Shown here: piece by piece, positions 13,205-26,069 of the stretch
Layout of the letters: every line of letters begins with the position of its first letter
Position numbering within the stretch: position 1 is the first letter of the stretch
NCBI RefSeq assembly: GCF_000281045.1
Contig: NW_008246104.1
Location: 98,557 to 162,556, forward strand
From: Saprolegnia diclina VS20
Lineage: Eukaryota
Reading direction: 5' to 3'
DNA: 64,000 nt
Translations under genes and position numbers: made by a program
Notes under the pieces: generated by a model
What the model saw: only the letters and a program-made list of their open reading frames with translations
What the model was told of the DNA's origin: nothing
The model's database searches: none

Positions 13205-13450
13205 TCCCATCACAAATAGAAAAAGGCAGCTTGATTTTGGGTATCCTCGGAATTCCCTGGGGTCTCCCGTAGTAATGCTACAAGTCCCATATTGCGTGGG
13301 CACTAGGTTCTACTACAACTCGGTGCAAGTAGCCGCCGGTGTCGCCACGCGTGAACACCAAGTGGCCTCGCCGCCTGTCTGCCAACTTGGCCTGTCGCGC
13401 ACGAAAATGTAGCGATCTTGCGATGGCGCAATCACTTTTTGCCATTTCAG

Positions 13451-13566
13451 CCAATCATCACACGTTGTTGCCTTGAAAAGCATGAAAAGGCCATCTTTTT
13501 AGCCAATCCAAAAGCGTCCTGGGATCGCGCCATGCATAACGTTCTTTTGGCACGTAGCGAGCCAAT
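13451..13566 (+). promoter_or_regulatory. Three CCAAT boxes upstream of trpD
   Basis: GCCAATC with CCAAT at 13451, 13503 and 13562, about 105-220 bp upstream of the ATG. Confidence 0.5.
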
Positions 13567-13671
13567 CAAATGCCGAGGAAACTCCTAGCAACAAGATTGT
13601 GCAATACAAAAACGGTTCCGCGGCCAAGTCCCGCGACGCTTCCATGACCATACCTCAATCTCGCCGACCGC

Positions 13672-14753
13672 ATGAAGACCGTCCTGGAGAAGCTCGCGAT
13701 GGGCCAGCACCTCTCGGCCGACGAGATGGACCGCGCCATGGACAGCATCGCGACCGGCAAGGCCGATGCGACCCAGATCGCCGTCTTCCTCGCGCTCCTG
13801 CGCGCCAAGGGCGAGACGCCGCTCGAGACGCAGGCGCTCGTCAAGGTCATGCTGCGCCACTGCCACCGCGTCGACTTGCCGGTAGGCTAGGATCCATGCG
13901 AAAAGAGTGGTGCTGATGGATGTGTGCCCAGGCAACGACCAAGGCGCTCGACATTGTGGGCACGGGCGGTGACGGCGCCAACACGGTCAACCTCTCGACA
14001 GCTGCCGCGGTCCTCGCCGCAGCGTGTGGCGCCAACGTAGCCAAGCATGGCAACCGGTCGGCGTCTAGCAAGTCGGGGTCTGCGGACGTCCTCGAGGCGC
14101 TTGGCGTGCCCATGTTGCAGCCAGAGCACATTGCGCCGTGCATCAAGGACGCCAAGATTGCCTTCATGTACGCGCCGCATTTCCATCCTGCGATGAAGCA
14201 CGTGATGCCTGTCCGACGCGCCATGGGCATTCGCACGATCTTCAACGTCCTCGGGCCACTCATCAACCCCGCGAGCTGCAAGCACGCCGTCATTGGGGTC
14301 TACACGCCGTCGCTACTGCCGCTCTTTGGCGAGGTGCTGTATGGACTGGGGGTTGAGCACGCTCTCGTCGTGCACTGCGCGGGCTTGGACGAACTCAACC
14401 CGATCGGCAACGCGGACGTGGTCGAGGTCTCGCGGACGAAAGGCTGCACGCGTTACACCCTGACGCCAGAGGAGCTCGGGATTCCGCGCTGCACGCTCAA
14501 GGACCTCGAGGGCGGCGACTGCGACCTGAACGCTCGCATCCTCAAAGACGTCTTCCGCGGCAACTGCGACAACCCGGTCGGACACACCATCGCGTACAAC
14601 GCGGGCGCCGGCCTATACGTCTACGGCCTTGCGAGCTCGATCAAAGAAGGGTACGAAATGGCCAAGAAGACGCTTGCCTCCGGCAAGGCCATGGACACCC
14701 TCCAGCGCTGGAGCGACGTGGCGCAGAACTTGCACAAGGCAGCGTCCGTCTAA
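13672..14753 (+). CDS. trpD: Anthranilate phosphoribosyltransferase
   Basis: DIVGTGGDG, NLSTAAA, AKHGNRSASSKSGSADVLEALG, RTIFNVLGPLINP and GLDE motifs. One intron at about 13882-13931. Confidence 0.96.
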
Positions 14754-15368
14754 TTTCGACAACCTATCTATTTGCTGTTAACTTTAAAAACGTCATTTCT
14801 GTGCCCATGTTGCCATCAACTTGACCTGCGGAAGGCTATGTGGCCCGCAGCTTCAGCTGCCTTAAGCAACATAGCTTGTCCCTTCACCAAAGCACAGGAG
14901 CGTTCGGAGCGGATAAAGAAGGCTGGAACAAGTCCAACTCGAGTGCACCAGAGACAAGATGCACCCGACTCCTCCTTCAAGGCGACGCCGTCTCCTACTC
15001 TATTGCCGTGCGAGATGCGGTGAATATTTCTGCGGCGGCTCCTAGGCTGTGCATACAGGTGGGACAGGCACTGACTGATACACGTGCTATGCCCACTCCG
15101 CCTTGAGATGCTTCATGTCGGGTATATGGCTACAGTCCATGAAGCAGCTTCGTACAGCGAGGTATATATGCGTGCACTAGCGCAGTATGAGCCATCGGCT
15201 TGTCGGCCCCGTCTCGGAGGTTGAGTGCGATGGAGACGATACGAGAAAATGCATGAACCGCGTCACCATCTGCAGCCAAGCTAGCTGTGTATCTCCTCGC
15301 CTCTACATGGCAGAGAGCCACGTGTGGTTATGATTGGGAGCTCGTTAGAACGCAATTGACCGGCGCCG

Positions 15369-16790
15369 ATGATCTACTACAACCAGGACGACTTCTTCCG
15401 GCTCCTCGCGCGGCTCCAAGGCTCGGCGTTCCGAGGCCACGGCCCGACGCGGGCCGTCGTCATGGCGCTCGTCGCGACGGTCATCACCACCGGCAACTAC
15501 CTCTACGACATTCTGACGACGCAGACCAAGACAAGTCTCGCCTTCATCGACACGCTCACCGTCTTCAACGTCTTTATCGGTCTCATGATCTCGTTCCGGC
15601 TCAACTCGGCCTTCAACCAGTGGCGCGCCGGCGTCGTTGCGATCGCGTCGGTTGCTGAAGCGGCACGCGGGTACTTCTTCATTCGCTCCATCTCCCAGTG
15701 TCTGACACATCGAGTTGTAGGATCGTCGCGTCGACCGCGTCGATGCTCGACTTTTGCGTCGCGGGCGAAGACAAACTGCACTTTATGTCTGAGATGCGCC
15801 GCCTCGTGTGCTTGTACGTCTCGATCTTGGTCCAAGACGCCCGCGGTTTTGTGCAAAACGACATTCAGCCGTTCATTGCGTGCAACCTCCTCCGTGACTC
15901 GGAGGCCGATGAAATGCGACGCTGCGGCGTCATCACCCGCCAAAATGACGATCCGACGACGCACTATACCACGGTCGCGCAGGCCAACCCGCACAAGCTC
16001 CGTGCAACGATCGTCGAAGTGTGGGTACGTCCATGTCTCTACCATTTGCAAGGTCTTGATGTTACGGTCGTAGATTCGCCGCGTGATCCAAGCCGGCGGT
16101 CGGCGCGGGTGGTTTGCGCCGCCGCAAGCCGCGTCGCTCAACGGCAACGTCTCGACGCTCGTGTCGCTCTACACGACGGTCTACAACATTGCCAACATTC
16201 CGATTCCGTTCAACTATGCGCACTTTCTGACGCTCATGATGGTGCTGTACCTCGTGCTCTACACGTTTGTGATCGTCCAGAGCTCGGGCTGGTACACGCC
16301 TTTGTGGGTCTTTCTCTGGGGCTTTGTGCTCTTCTCGTGCGACGACCTCGCGCGCGAGATCGAGTGCCCGTTTGGTTTGGACCAAAACGACATTGACCTT
16401 GAAGTGCGCATCGCCCGCATGGAAGAGGAGCTCGACGTGATCCTCCGCAGCCTTCACTTTCACGAAGCGTACGTGCGCCCGCAGCACCTCAGCAGCCTCC
16501 GCGACGACATCACCGAGATCTCGAGCACGCAATCCATCTCTGTGTGCGTCGACTCCAAGTACTCGTCCCACCGCGACTCGATCCACAGCATTTCCGAAGA
16601 CAAGATCCCGTCGCCCGAGATCCCCATGTCGGCCGCGCCCATGCTGCGCATGATGCTCCTCGAGTCGTCGTCGATGCCAGAGGACGTCGTTGCGCCCGAG
16701 GTTGTCACCGAAGAGACGATCCCGATCAGCCAGACGTCGTCGATGAATTACGGTTCGTCGAGCAAGAGTGGGAACCCTATGTGGTTATAA
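15369..16790 (+). CDS. Bestrophin-family anion channel (YneE/VCCN1-like), 3 exons
   Basis: GLMISFRLNSAFNQW, IANIPIPFNYAH and AREIECPFGLDQNDIDL motifs plus TM segments. Confidence 0.88.
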
Positions 16791-17842
16791 ACCATCGAAA
16801 TAAAATCTTGCGGCCACATATTATCTTGTACGAGAAGCGTTGCCAAATGCAATTTGAAGATTTCAGACAGTTCTGTAAGCTCGATCGACCGTTGTTCTCG
16901 CCATCGCGCGCGAAGAGGTGCGTCGAAGGGTCGTGGGTGGCGAAAAGCAAGTCCAAGGGTCGAAAACCCTGAGCAACCTTGTGGCCAAGCTCGTTGTCGG
17001 GTTGTGGAATCGTCCACCTACAGGGCAAGCGATTTGTTGCTTGTTTGTGAAACGACTTGATTGGGTAAACCGTCTCGCCGTCGTTGATTGATTGGGATCG
17101 CACGAACGTGCGCCATAGAGCAAGCCGTAATTCACCGAATGTGAACGCGCAAGACATCGGATCTCTCGGCGGCAGCGACGGGCAGAAGGTGATGATGTAT
17201 CGACACCTGCCTGATTCGTCGCTTGTGATTGGCGAGCGATGGCTCCATAGGACCATGTCGCACGTGTCGATCGCGAGCAAATGCTGAATTCTGCGTACAC
17301 ATGCATTGTTGCGGGATTGTAAATGAGTCGAGCTGGCTCTTGGTCCGCCACCCGCTCTGCCCACCACCACCACCACTACCACCAAGGTGGCGCAAGGTTG
17401 CGGATCTGCCAAACCGCCGTACGCCGCCGTACATTCCGTACAACTGTACGTGGGCACAGTCTTCAACGTGGGCGGGCATCGTTGTGATCTTATGCTGAGA
17501 GGCCGGGTATTATCTTTGACAGGTCATCACCAATCAGAATACGCTGTGATGTTGAATGACGATCTTACGGCTTGTCCAAGAATATGCATTGTGACAGGAC
17601 ATGCCAGCGAGCTTGAAGGCCGCGCATGCTATATTTTATTGTACATTTCTAATAAAATGGGCGATGGCACCTATGGACCTCGCTGTTGCAGCGCCGACAA
17701 TAAAATGCGCGTTACATCATTTTATTTTAGGATCCCTGGAACGGTTTCACGCCCGTTGTCGCACGCCGAGCATACTCATTTCAAGAGAATATCCGGACGC
17801 GCCGCGCGTTCTAACCGGATGACAACACGCCCTCCGCACTCG

Positions 17843-17858
17843 GTCATTTCCCATTTGT
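17843..17858 (+). promoter_or_regulatory. Oomycete INR+FPR core promoter element
   Basis: GTCATTTCCCATTTGT about 35 bp upstream of the ATP-grasp ATG. Fits the oomycete TCATTYnnnnTTTG-type initiator. Confidence 0.6.
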
Positions 17859-17877
17859 CACTTGTCTGCCACTTGCC

Positions 17878-19350
17878 ATGACCATCTTCACGCCGACGAC
17901 AGAGCCGATGCTGCAAGTCGACGCGGTCATCGTTGTCGACCCGTTCTCGACCGGCATGTGCTTGGCGGAGCAGGTCATGGACCGGGGCTACGCTTGCATC
18001 GCGGTGTACAGCGACACGGAAGAGGCCATGAAGGACTGGATGGACACGCTCTCGGCCAACTTTCGCCGCAAGTTTGTCGGCGAAGTCTTCAACGTGGGCA
18101 GTGACCACTCGGACGAGCAATTGAGCAAGGTGCTGCGCGCTGTCGTGGGCTTTGGCCACCCGATCATTGGCGTCATTGCCGGTGCCGAGCCCGGCGTGCC
18201 GCTCACGGACCGCCTCTCGGAGCGCTTGAAACTCACGAGCAACGGCTCGGCCGGCTCGGAAGGCCGCCGCAACAAGTACATTATGGGCGAGAAGATTCGG
18301 GCAGCGGGCATGCGCGCTGTGCTGCAGTGCCTCGCGCCGACGTTTGCCGATGCCAAGGCCTACATTGAGAACGAGCTCAAGCCCGAGCCGTTCCGTGTGA
18401 TTGTCAAGCCCGTCGACAGCGCGGGCAGCGACGACGTCTCGCTCTGCACGTCGCTCGAGGACGTTCAGAAGGCGTACGACACTGTCATTGGCAAGGTGAA
18501 CCACCTCGGCATCCAAAACCAAGCGCTGCTCGTGCAAGAGTACCTCGAAGGCACCGAGTACGTCATCGATACCGTCTCGCGCGACGGCGAACACAAGGTC
18601 GTGGCCGTCTGGGAGTACGACAAACGGTCGGCCAACGGCGCGGCGTTTGTCTACTTTGGCGCGCTCCTTCGCGAAGCCAAGGGCGACGTGGTCGTCTCGA
18701 TTGTCGACTATGTGTGCAAGGTCCTCGACGTGCTCTCGATCAACCACGGGCCCGGCCACGCCGAGGTCAAGTTTGTCAAGGGCGAGCCGTGCTTGATTGA
18801 GATTGGGGCGCGCTGCCACGGTCGCGAAGGCACGGACATGCCGATCTTGGACAAGTGCCAGGGCTACAACCAGGTGGGCGCGACGCTGGATGCGTACTTC
18901 GACAAGGCGGCGTTCCAAGCCTTGCCCAAGATGCCCACGTCGCTGCGGGCCCACGGCATCAAGACGACGCTCGTCTCGTACGAGCACGGGACGCTGCAGT
19001 CGATGCCGGGCCTCGCCGAGATTGAGGCCATGGCGTCCTATGTGGACAAGAAGATTCGCCACACGGAAGGCGTCCTCATGGCGCCGACGATCGATATGTT
19101 TACGACGCCCGGGTGCGTCCTCATGGTGCACGAAGACGCAAGTGTGCTCCAAGCCGACTATGAGCGCATCCGCGAGCTCGAAGTCGATGGGCTCTATGCG
19201 ATCAAGGGCAAGTCGCCCAAGACAACGCACACCAAGAAGCAAGCGGTCAAGAAGGCCAAGAAGAAGGCGAGCTACTCGAAGGCGCCGGCGACAATGGAGT
19301 TTACGGTGCCCCGGCGGACGGCGTCGCAGATTCCCGTTGCATCGTCGTAA
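17878..19350 (+). CDS. ATP-grasp ligase (L-amino-acid ligase/carnosine-synthase-like)
   Basis: Intronless 490 aa ORF with RRNKYIM, VIVKPVDSAGSDDV, LVQEYLEGTEYVID and GPGHAEVK...LIEIGARCHG. Confidence 0.9.
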   Translation: MTIFTPTTEPMLQVDAVIVVDPFSTGMCLAEQVMDRGYACIAVYSDTEEAMKDWMDTLSANFRRKFVGEVFNVGSDHSDEQLSKVLRAVVGFGHPIIGVIAGAEPGVPLTDRLSERLKLTSNGSAGSEGRRNKYIMGEKIRAAGMRAVLQCLAPTFADAKAYIENELKPEPFRVIVKPVDSAGSDDVSLCTSLEDVQKAYDTVIGKVNHLGIQNQALLVQEYLEGTEYVIDTVSRDGEHKVVAVWEYDKRSANGAAFVYFGALLREAKGDVVVSIVDYVCKVLDVLSINHGPGHAEVKFVKGEPCLIEIGARCHGREGTDMPILDKCQGYNQVGATLDAYFDKAAFQALPKMPTSLRAHGIKTTLVSYEHGTLQSMPGLAEIEAMASYVDKKIRHTEGVLMAPTIDMFTTPGCVLMVHEDASVLQADYERIRELEVDGLYAIKGKSPKTTHTKKQAVKKAKKKASYSKAPATMEFTVPRRTASQIPVASS

Positions 19351-19846
19351 GCGAAGCGTAGGGACAAGAGGCGTACATGTTTTGGGTATTTAAAAGAGCG
19401 GCCTTTTCAAGTTGCAAATGTGTGGTCGGCGTCCCGCAATCGTTGCTAAGCACGGTAGCTGCCATCGCTCCTCTGTTGCACGAGTCGCTCGCTGCAGTAC
19501 AGTACATCGAGAGGAGGCGACGATCCGTGCTCTAAGATCAAGGACCTTGACCAAGGTATTCGACTTCGACCCAGCAGCCAACGCAGATCTTTTGTCGCAT
19601 CGACTGGCTCGCGGATTCGAGCGCTGCCTTCCAAGTAGCTTGCTGCTGTCCACTTTGGAACGCCGAAATCGAAGCCGCCCTGTTCCCTCCGAGATTCGCG
19701 CGCCAACGGAAGCGAATCTCGCCCGCCAACGGTGGCCACTTTAACGAGGCCGTACGACCTCGTACATTGTACATCCCGATCGTACACTGCTGCTGTCGTC
19801 TATTACTCGAAAAACCTAGTCGTACACACGTTAAATAGGCGGTGCG

Positions 19847-21484
19847 TCATCCGTCGACGCGCTTCCGGACCCAGCCGCCCGACCGTGCGTCCAGCGTCTG
19901 CAGATGCGAGATGATGAGTGCGACCTCGAATTCGAATGGTACTACCTCTTGGAGAAGCGGTCGCAGATCCGAGGGCAGCGTCGAGAGACAAGCCAGTCGC
20001 TGCAGTGCGTCAAAGTACTCGTCCATCGTGCGGCGGGACGCAGGCGACGAGCCGTCGAGGAGGTCGCCCACGAGCAGCAAGAGCCGGCACGCAGCGTCAA
20101 GCACCTTGGCCTCGGGCACGACGTCGGTGCTTTGGTCGCTGTCGTCGCCGTCGAGCATCATGGCCACGCACACGTGCATGACGTTCTCCGTGAGCAGTTG
20201 CCTACATGAGGTCGCGCTGAGCGTCGTGCATCGTATGGGTCCCGTACCGGCGAAAGAGCTCGCCGACGAAGACGACGTTGCCCAGCATGCATTGACGGCG
20301 CCACGCGTGCTAAGAGATGGGTGATGATGACGGTGATGGAGGACGGAACGACGCACCGGCGACGAGGGCTCTTCGACGAGGGCCTCGTAGCACTTGGTGA
20401 GGAGGACTCGGCGAAAGTTGACGGTGCGGGCGCCGTCCTTGAACTCGGGCAGCGACTCGGAGAGCGATGCGCAGAGCGCAGCGTACGGCTCGCTACGCAG
20501 ACAACCACATTTGATCCCGTTCAGATTTGAGTCAGACCAGGTACCTGACCGAGGGCGCTGCAATCGCGCGGTCAAACAAGAGCCCCACAACCGCTTGGAG
20601 CGTCGGCGTGCATGTGACGGCGACCGACTGGATGTGCCCGAGCCACGCGTCGTGGGCCGGCGACGCCAAAATGCTAGTTCGTGCTGGTTACACCGCTGCT
20701 GTGTGTTGGGGTAGAACGAATGTACGCTTCAATGGCCGAGAGCGCGTCCTTGGTCTCCTTCTCGGGGTTGTCAGTGGGCTTGACGGGCTGCTTGGTCGCA
20801 CCCGCCGCGCCATCCTACAGTCTGCTCATCAGCATTCTTCGTCACGTCCATTGGGGTACGACCTTGAAGAACGAGAGCGCGGACGGGTCGTAGTGCAGCA
20901 TGGGCGCCCTCGCCGCGCCCTTTTCCTTCTTGGACGCTTTGGTCGGCTTAGGCGCGCCACCAGAGAGGATCGGGCCAAGCTCGAGGTCTGGCGGGAGCGC
21001 CGTGCACAGCGTCCGAAACTAGAGTAGCCTTGGGCTGACATCTTCGAGAGATTGCGAAATCGCACCTGCAAGAGCTCGGCGATCGTGTAATGCAGACGAC
21101 CCTTGACTTTGGAGCCAATCTACAACCATAGCACGATGTTGCTGGCTGTGAAGACGCCGTCGTGGTGCGTACGCTTATTCGGCCCGGCGCCGCCGCTGTC
21201 GCGCTCGCCACAGCAGGCTAGACAAGAGTGTGAGAGGAGCGAGATACGGTTGTGACAACGCACTGCTGTTGCAATTGGCGCCGGCAGCGCGCGCGGGGGG
21301 CTGGCCTTGGCCGCATGGCTAGGCGTCGTGGCCTTCTTGGGCTTGGCCGGGGACTGTGCGGTCGCGGATGGCGGGCTAGCGTCGACGGACGATACGAAGC
21401 TACTGACGCGCGTGAGGTAAGGACGCATGGCAGCGCGCACCTTGGCACCCAGGCGCCAGCGTTCGGGTTGAGCTTGGATGTCAT
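19847..21484 (-). CDS. Compact eIF4G-like protein (PAM2w, eIF4E-binding motif, single MIF4G), multi-exon
   Basis: N-terminus MTSKLNPNAGAWVPS, then HYTIAELLQ|FRTLCTALPPDL. MIF4G helices YAALC...NFRRVLLTKC...MLGNVVFVGELF...LLTENVMHVC...ACRLLLLVGDLLD...MDEYF. Stop follows GGWVRKRVDG. Confidence 0.82.
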
Positions 21485-23319
21485 CGGGCAGGGGCAGGCG
21501 GGCGCTTGGGAGAAGGTGCTGTCGGCAAAGTTCTGGGCCGGTAATGCTGGACGATTAACCGGATGCCTCCATCGTGCCGGATAGGATGTGGCGCGGTTCG
21601 AGATCGATGATGAGCTTCAGCGCCAGCGACACAGCGCTGGGGCATGCGGTCTTCCTCGCAGATCAGGATGCGCGTCCAAAGCGACGCAGTCTGATGCGTG
21701 AGCGTCGTGACGCGAGCGGCAGACGATGGTGCATATTGTGGGTAGGGTAAGTGGCTGATGATGTATACGTTCAAGAGAACACACAATATTGTCTACTAGT
21801 AGGTTGATATGAGTATACTACCGGCACTGGAGGGATTCAAACTGCTGCCAACATGGGTCGGACAGGAATCAGGAACGACCGCCGACCTGACGGAGGACTG
21901 TGCAATGCGTTCGGAGGTAGGTTCTTGAAGTAGCAGCGCTAATCAAAATGGGAGAGCATCTCGCACGACGCAAGGATCCGGTAGATGGCATTGTTGCAGA
22001 TCGGTGGCCGCTTGAGCCCCCCTGGAGCGGCGACCTGTGGCGCCAACCACCCTATCCCATGGGTCCTATGAAAGCAAGCCAGCTACATGTTGCTTGCGGT
22101 AGAAATCAATCGTTTTCGTTGATCACACCGACGGCTGCTAGATTGCACTTCTCCCAACCTTCGACTGTGTTCACTCGCTTCCTTCTCTTGGCGCTCGTTG
22201 AAGCGCCATGTTGAAGTCGCGCATTTTGGCACGGCGCCTTCTTCTTCTTCGTCGCCACCTCTACGGCCTTCGAGCAGTCAATCGATAGCGGTGATGGTGG
22301 GGCTAATGTGGTTTTGGCGGGAAGGCGTTACGTTCGGTCGTCACAAGCGACTCAGAAACGAGCTCTTGGCCCGACGCGTGGAGAGGCTCTATGCGGCCAG
22401 AACTGCCCATGCCCAAACTGATCTTGGCCGGAGATTGTGTATTCTGGCAGCGCATCCTTGCATCAACCATCAGCACCTACATAGTACTTGGTAGCCCAAC
22501 GATCCTGCCGTAGCAGACGCATCAACACGAACGCTGAGCTTCGAGCTTTTCCCAGCGAACGTTATCGTGGATATGTGTGCCGGATGCTGCAGTGCGCTCG
22601 TGCTCAACTTCGAAGCGACCAGACGCCACTCAGCTAGTAGGGTGCAGAGAGGCGTCGCTACGAGGCGACGCCGAGTGATCTCGAGGCGCTCTGTGTAGTG
22701 CAATACACACGTCCACCTCTCGCGTGCGGCACAAGGCGTTTATGGTGTTGGGATTTTGTGGGACGTACAATTGTTGCAGCGAGGGCCACACACTCGATCT
22801 GATCTCGTAATCGAAGGCGCGTTCCACCCAGCACACGCGACCAACGGGTCCGAACGACGACTACAAACGGTATTCAATCATAGTAGAGCCAAGAGTTCTT
22901 GTGCACCCTTAGTAGAGTTCGCTAATCTCTCGCTCTACTACACTTTATAGACTGTCGATAACGAGCCGTCGCCGCTCGCACTGGGCGCTGGACCGGGACG
23001 AGCACTGTGGTCGTCGACGCAAAGACATGGCCGCCAGTTTCTTTCGTAATCGCACACAACAGGACGACGCCATCTCGAATCAGAGTCCATGATCTCCGCG
23101 CACCAGCTGGGGAGTGCATACACATGGGCTGTCTGTCGTTCCAAGGTCGTAGCGCAAACTCGAGTCGGTCGTGCTTACGGCCGCGGTCGTCTTGTCATCA
23201 TAGTTCTCAGTCGTACTTTAGTAGAGATGAAGACTCGTGGCGATGAAGTCGCAAGCCAATGGTGGTAGTGTTGACGTGGTTGGGAGGATTTGTCGTATTA
23301 AATAATAGATAGGGGCGAA

Positions 23320-23673
23320 TTAGTTGAGAATGTAGGCAAGGCTCAGCTGGCTCGAGGCCGACTCGGCAAGCTTCTTCATCTCGAGCTTCCGTGCCTTGTT
23401 GCGAAGGTACTTGTCCCGCTGGCGATCGCGCTCCTTCTCGCGGTTCTCGACGTACTGTGCGCGGAGCTTGGCAAGGACAACGTCGCGGTTCCGGGCATAG
23501 TATTTGCGGGACCGCGCCCGGTTGAGCTCGAGCTGCTCCTTGGTGAGCACGCGGCGGCGGCGGCGGGCTTTCCGCTCGGGGCTGGCGGCGCTGCTGACGC
23601 CGGAGCTCGATGCGGTCTCGTCGTCGTGCGACAAATGACCGTCGTCAGGCAGTGTATGGGGAGTGGCAAACAT
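23320..23673 (-). CDS. Small basic-region (bZIP-like) putative transcription regulator, 117 aa
   Basis: ATG at 23673. Basic region RRRRVLTKEQLELNRARSRKYYARNR...ERDRQRDKYLRNK, ending LSLAYILN*. Coding-like codon bias. Confidence 0.75.
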   Translation of the reverse strand: MFATPHTLPDDGHLSHDDETASSSGVSSAASPERKARRRRRVLTKEQLELNRARSRKYYARNRDVVLAKLRAQYVENREKERDRQRDKYLRNKARKLEMKKLAESASSQLSLAYILN

Positions 23674-26069
23674 GGAGTGCGGTCGGCGGTGCAAATTGGA
23701 AACTGACACCAGCCATCGGCGCAAGTGCACTTGTTGAAGTTGTATCGGCGCCCCACCAGACATGGCGCATGGCCACCAGCTGGCGTGAGATGCATGGCGA
23801 CTACCAACGCTCTCGCTGCCTTTGCTAACCCCCAGAGTGTGTGCGGTTAGGAATAAATATTTATGCACGGGCGCTTTGTATGGATGACGGCCACTGGGAC
23901 AACAACACCCTGTAGCAATCTTCGGTGAAGCTTCGATAGGCGGTCGTGCCTCAGGACGAAGGTAAATAGAAAGGGCGCTTGGATACAGGCTCGGCAAACA
24001 TCGCGCAAACCATCGGTGACAGCGCAAGTATGATCTGTGCGGCTTTTGAGGACTCGTGCATGGCCCGAATGAGAAGAATTAACGCGTCCGAGCCGAGATG
24101 AACACCATTTTTGACCGAGTACAGTCATCTTGTTTCGTTTTGCTGGTTGCCCATCACACTCTGGTGGTAAAGCGGTGACCAAACGGCCGGTTAGTCGATC
24201 GTTGACTAAAACCAGGTGGACGAAGTGGATTGGATACGAAGGCTTCACCCTGGATGTTTCGTTTCAAAGACGGGTATTCCTGCAGTATACCGTGCACAAT
24301 GAAACAACCAAAATGCACCGACTCGTGCTGCCCAAGCGCCGCGAAATCGAGCGACAAGGTTGCTGATCAGAGGTTTTTCGAAGAGGCGGTGTCGTCGACC
24401 GTGGCACACACAGTAGTAGTTTGAAGCGCTGCGGTCGCGCGAAGAAGGCGCGCATCAGAATCATGGTGTCTTCTTGGGTGGGCGCTCGATGGTAAAACCC
24501 CTATGTATGTATGTTTCAAAGCATAGAGTCGAATTATTTCCGCACCCAGTCGCATCTACTCTTCCGACCTTGACTAACCTCCCGTCACATGGTGAATCCG
24601 AGGTCCCAAGCTTGGACCAAACGACGACTGGATGGGCATGTATGTGTTCGCTTCGCTCTCGTGTCCAGTCCAGCCGTGGCCTCATCATGGAACTAGTGGC
24701 GCCTCGGATCTAGAGCCGAGTTGGTGGCCAACGACATTGCGGTACTAGTAGTTGTTCGTGTCGTACGAGTTTGCGTCAGTCCTGCCTCGAAGCCGTGATC
24801 ACCAACTACGATTGGGATGCGTGAACACGGGGCCACGCGCCCTTTTTAGCTTCGGACTTCGACATCCCAGAACCGTACGCTGCACATAGACAGACACCGG
24901 TTGCAGCTACAGTTGCACCGAATCTTGTGCTAGATCGCTAAGGCCCACTTGTTCCGTGAAAAACCATGGACAACTCCGATGCGGTCTCCTTGTACCGGTG
25001 TAAAGCCCCACCACTCCATTGCTGAACGAGGCGTGGAGGCTTGGCGCTCGGGTGTACCTGCGACAGAGCTCGGAAGTGTCGTCGAACCCGCTTGCGTGAT
25101 TACCTTTCCACCCCCACTCCCCTAATCGACGGCCATAATCGACGTCATGTTACTAGGACGGCAACTCCACATCTTGCGCCAATACTGTAGCACCACTGGT
25201 GTCACCTGCAGCTCCTACCGAAGTCTTCGTCCGCGCTCGCGACTGCACCTAGATTGCTGTTGCTTTCACTCTTGAAGAGGTTTGGATTGGATCCCAGCAC
25301 GTGCCGAGTACTGTGTCGAGTAGTCCCGCGCGCTCTCTTTTCTGCGACCAAGCCACATTCGGCCAGGTACAAACGCTGCACCGACACTGTCGGGTGCAGC
25401 GTGGTGTGTCGAGCCGACACACCACGGACCGCCACTGACGCAAAGACGATACCAGAACCCGTCTCAGAGCGCGTTGCCGAGATTCACATTCGATGGCTGT
25501 CGCAGATCGTCGCCATGCAACGGACGAGCTACCCAAGTGGTGTGGTCGACTCAAAGGGTGAACGCTGGCAACACGCACACGACCGGCTTTCGCCCAAGTT
25601 GCTGCTCGTGGTCTGCCTCGTCTACTAGTAGCAAGCGCACCTTGGTTCGGACGACAGCAAAACTTACTTTTGTCAAGGCGCACGAGGCTTTTGTGGACTC
25701 GGCATCGGTGCGACCACATCAACATAAGCTTGGGCTCCTCACACGCTACCCCTCGTGTGAGCCGCGATCTCGGCCAGCACCAACTTTTGGTACAGGCGAG
25801 CAACAACTGTAGCAAGGTTTGGAGTTGTTTGACCATGTGACGCCGCGTAGGCTGGTTACCTTCAGCTCAAGCTAGCAGCGAGCAGGAAGAACGCGGAAGC
25901 TCGCACTTTCCGGAGCTAGTGCGGAGTTTCCCGCCACGTGGGTGGGGTTTGTCCCAATGCGCGACTGGGCTTTTGGGAAAAACCCAAAGTCCCAGCTTCC
26001 CGGGTTTTTCTGGTTTGCCGCGCGGGCACATTATTATCCGGATAGCTCCTTCGCGGAGGCCATTTCGAA

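Noticed and set aside
21607..21694. Box C (ATGATGA) and box D (CTGA) pair suggesting a snoRNA
   Set aside because: No terminal stem and no identifiable guide sequence. It lies in a promoter region.
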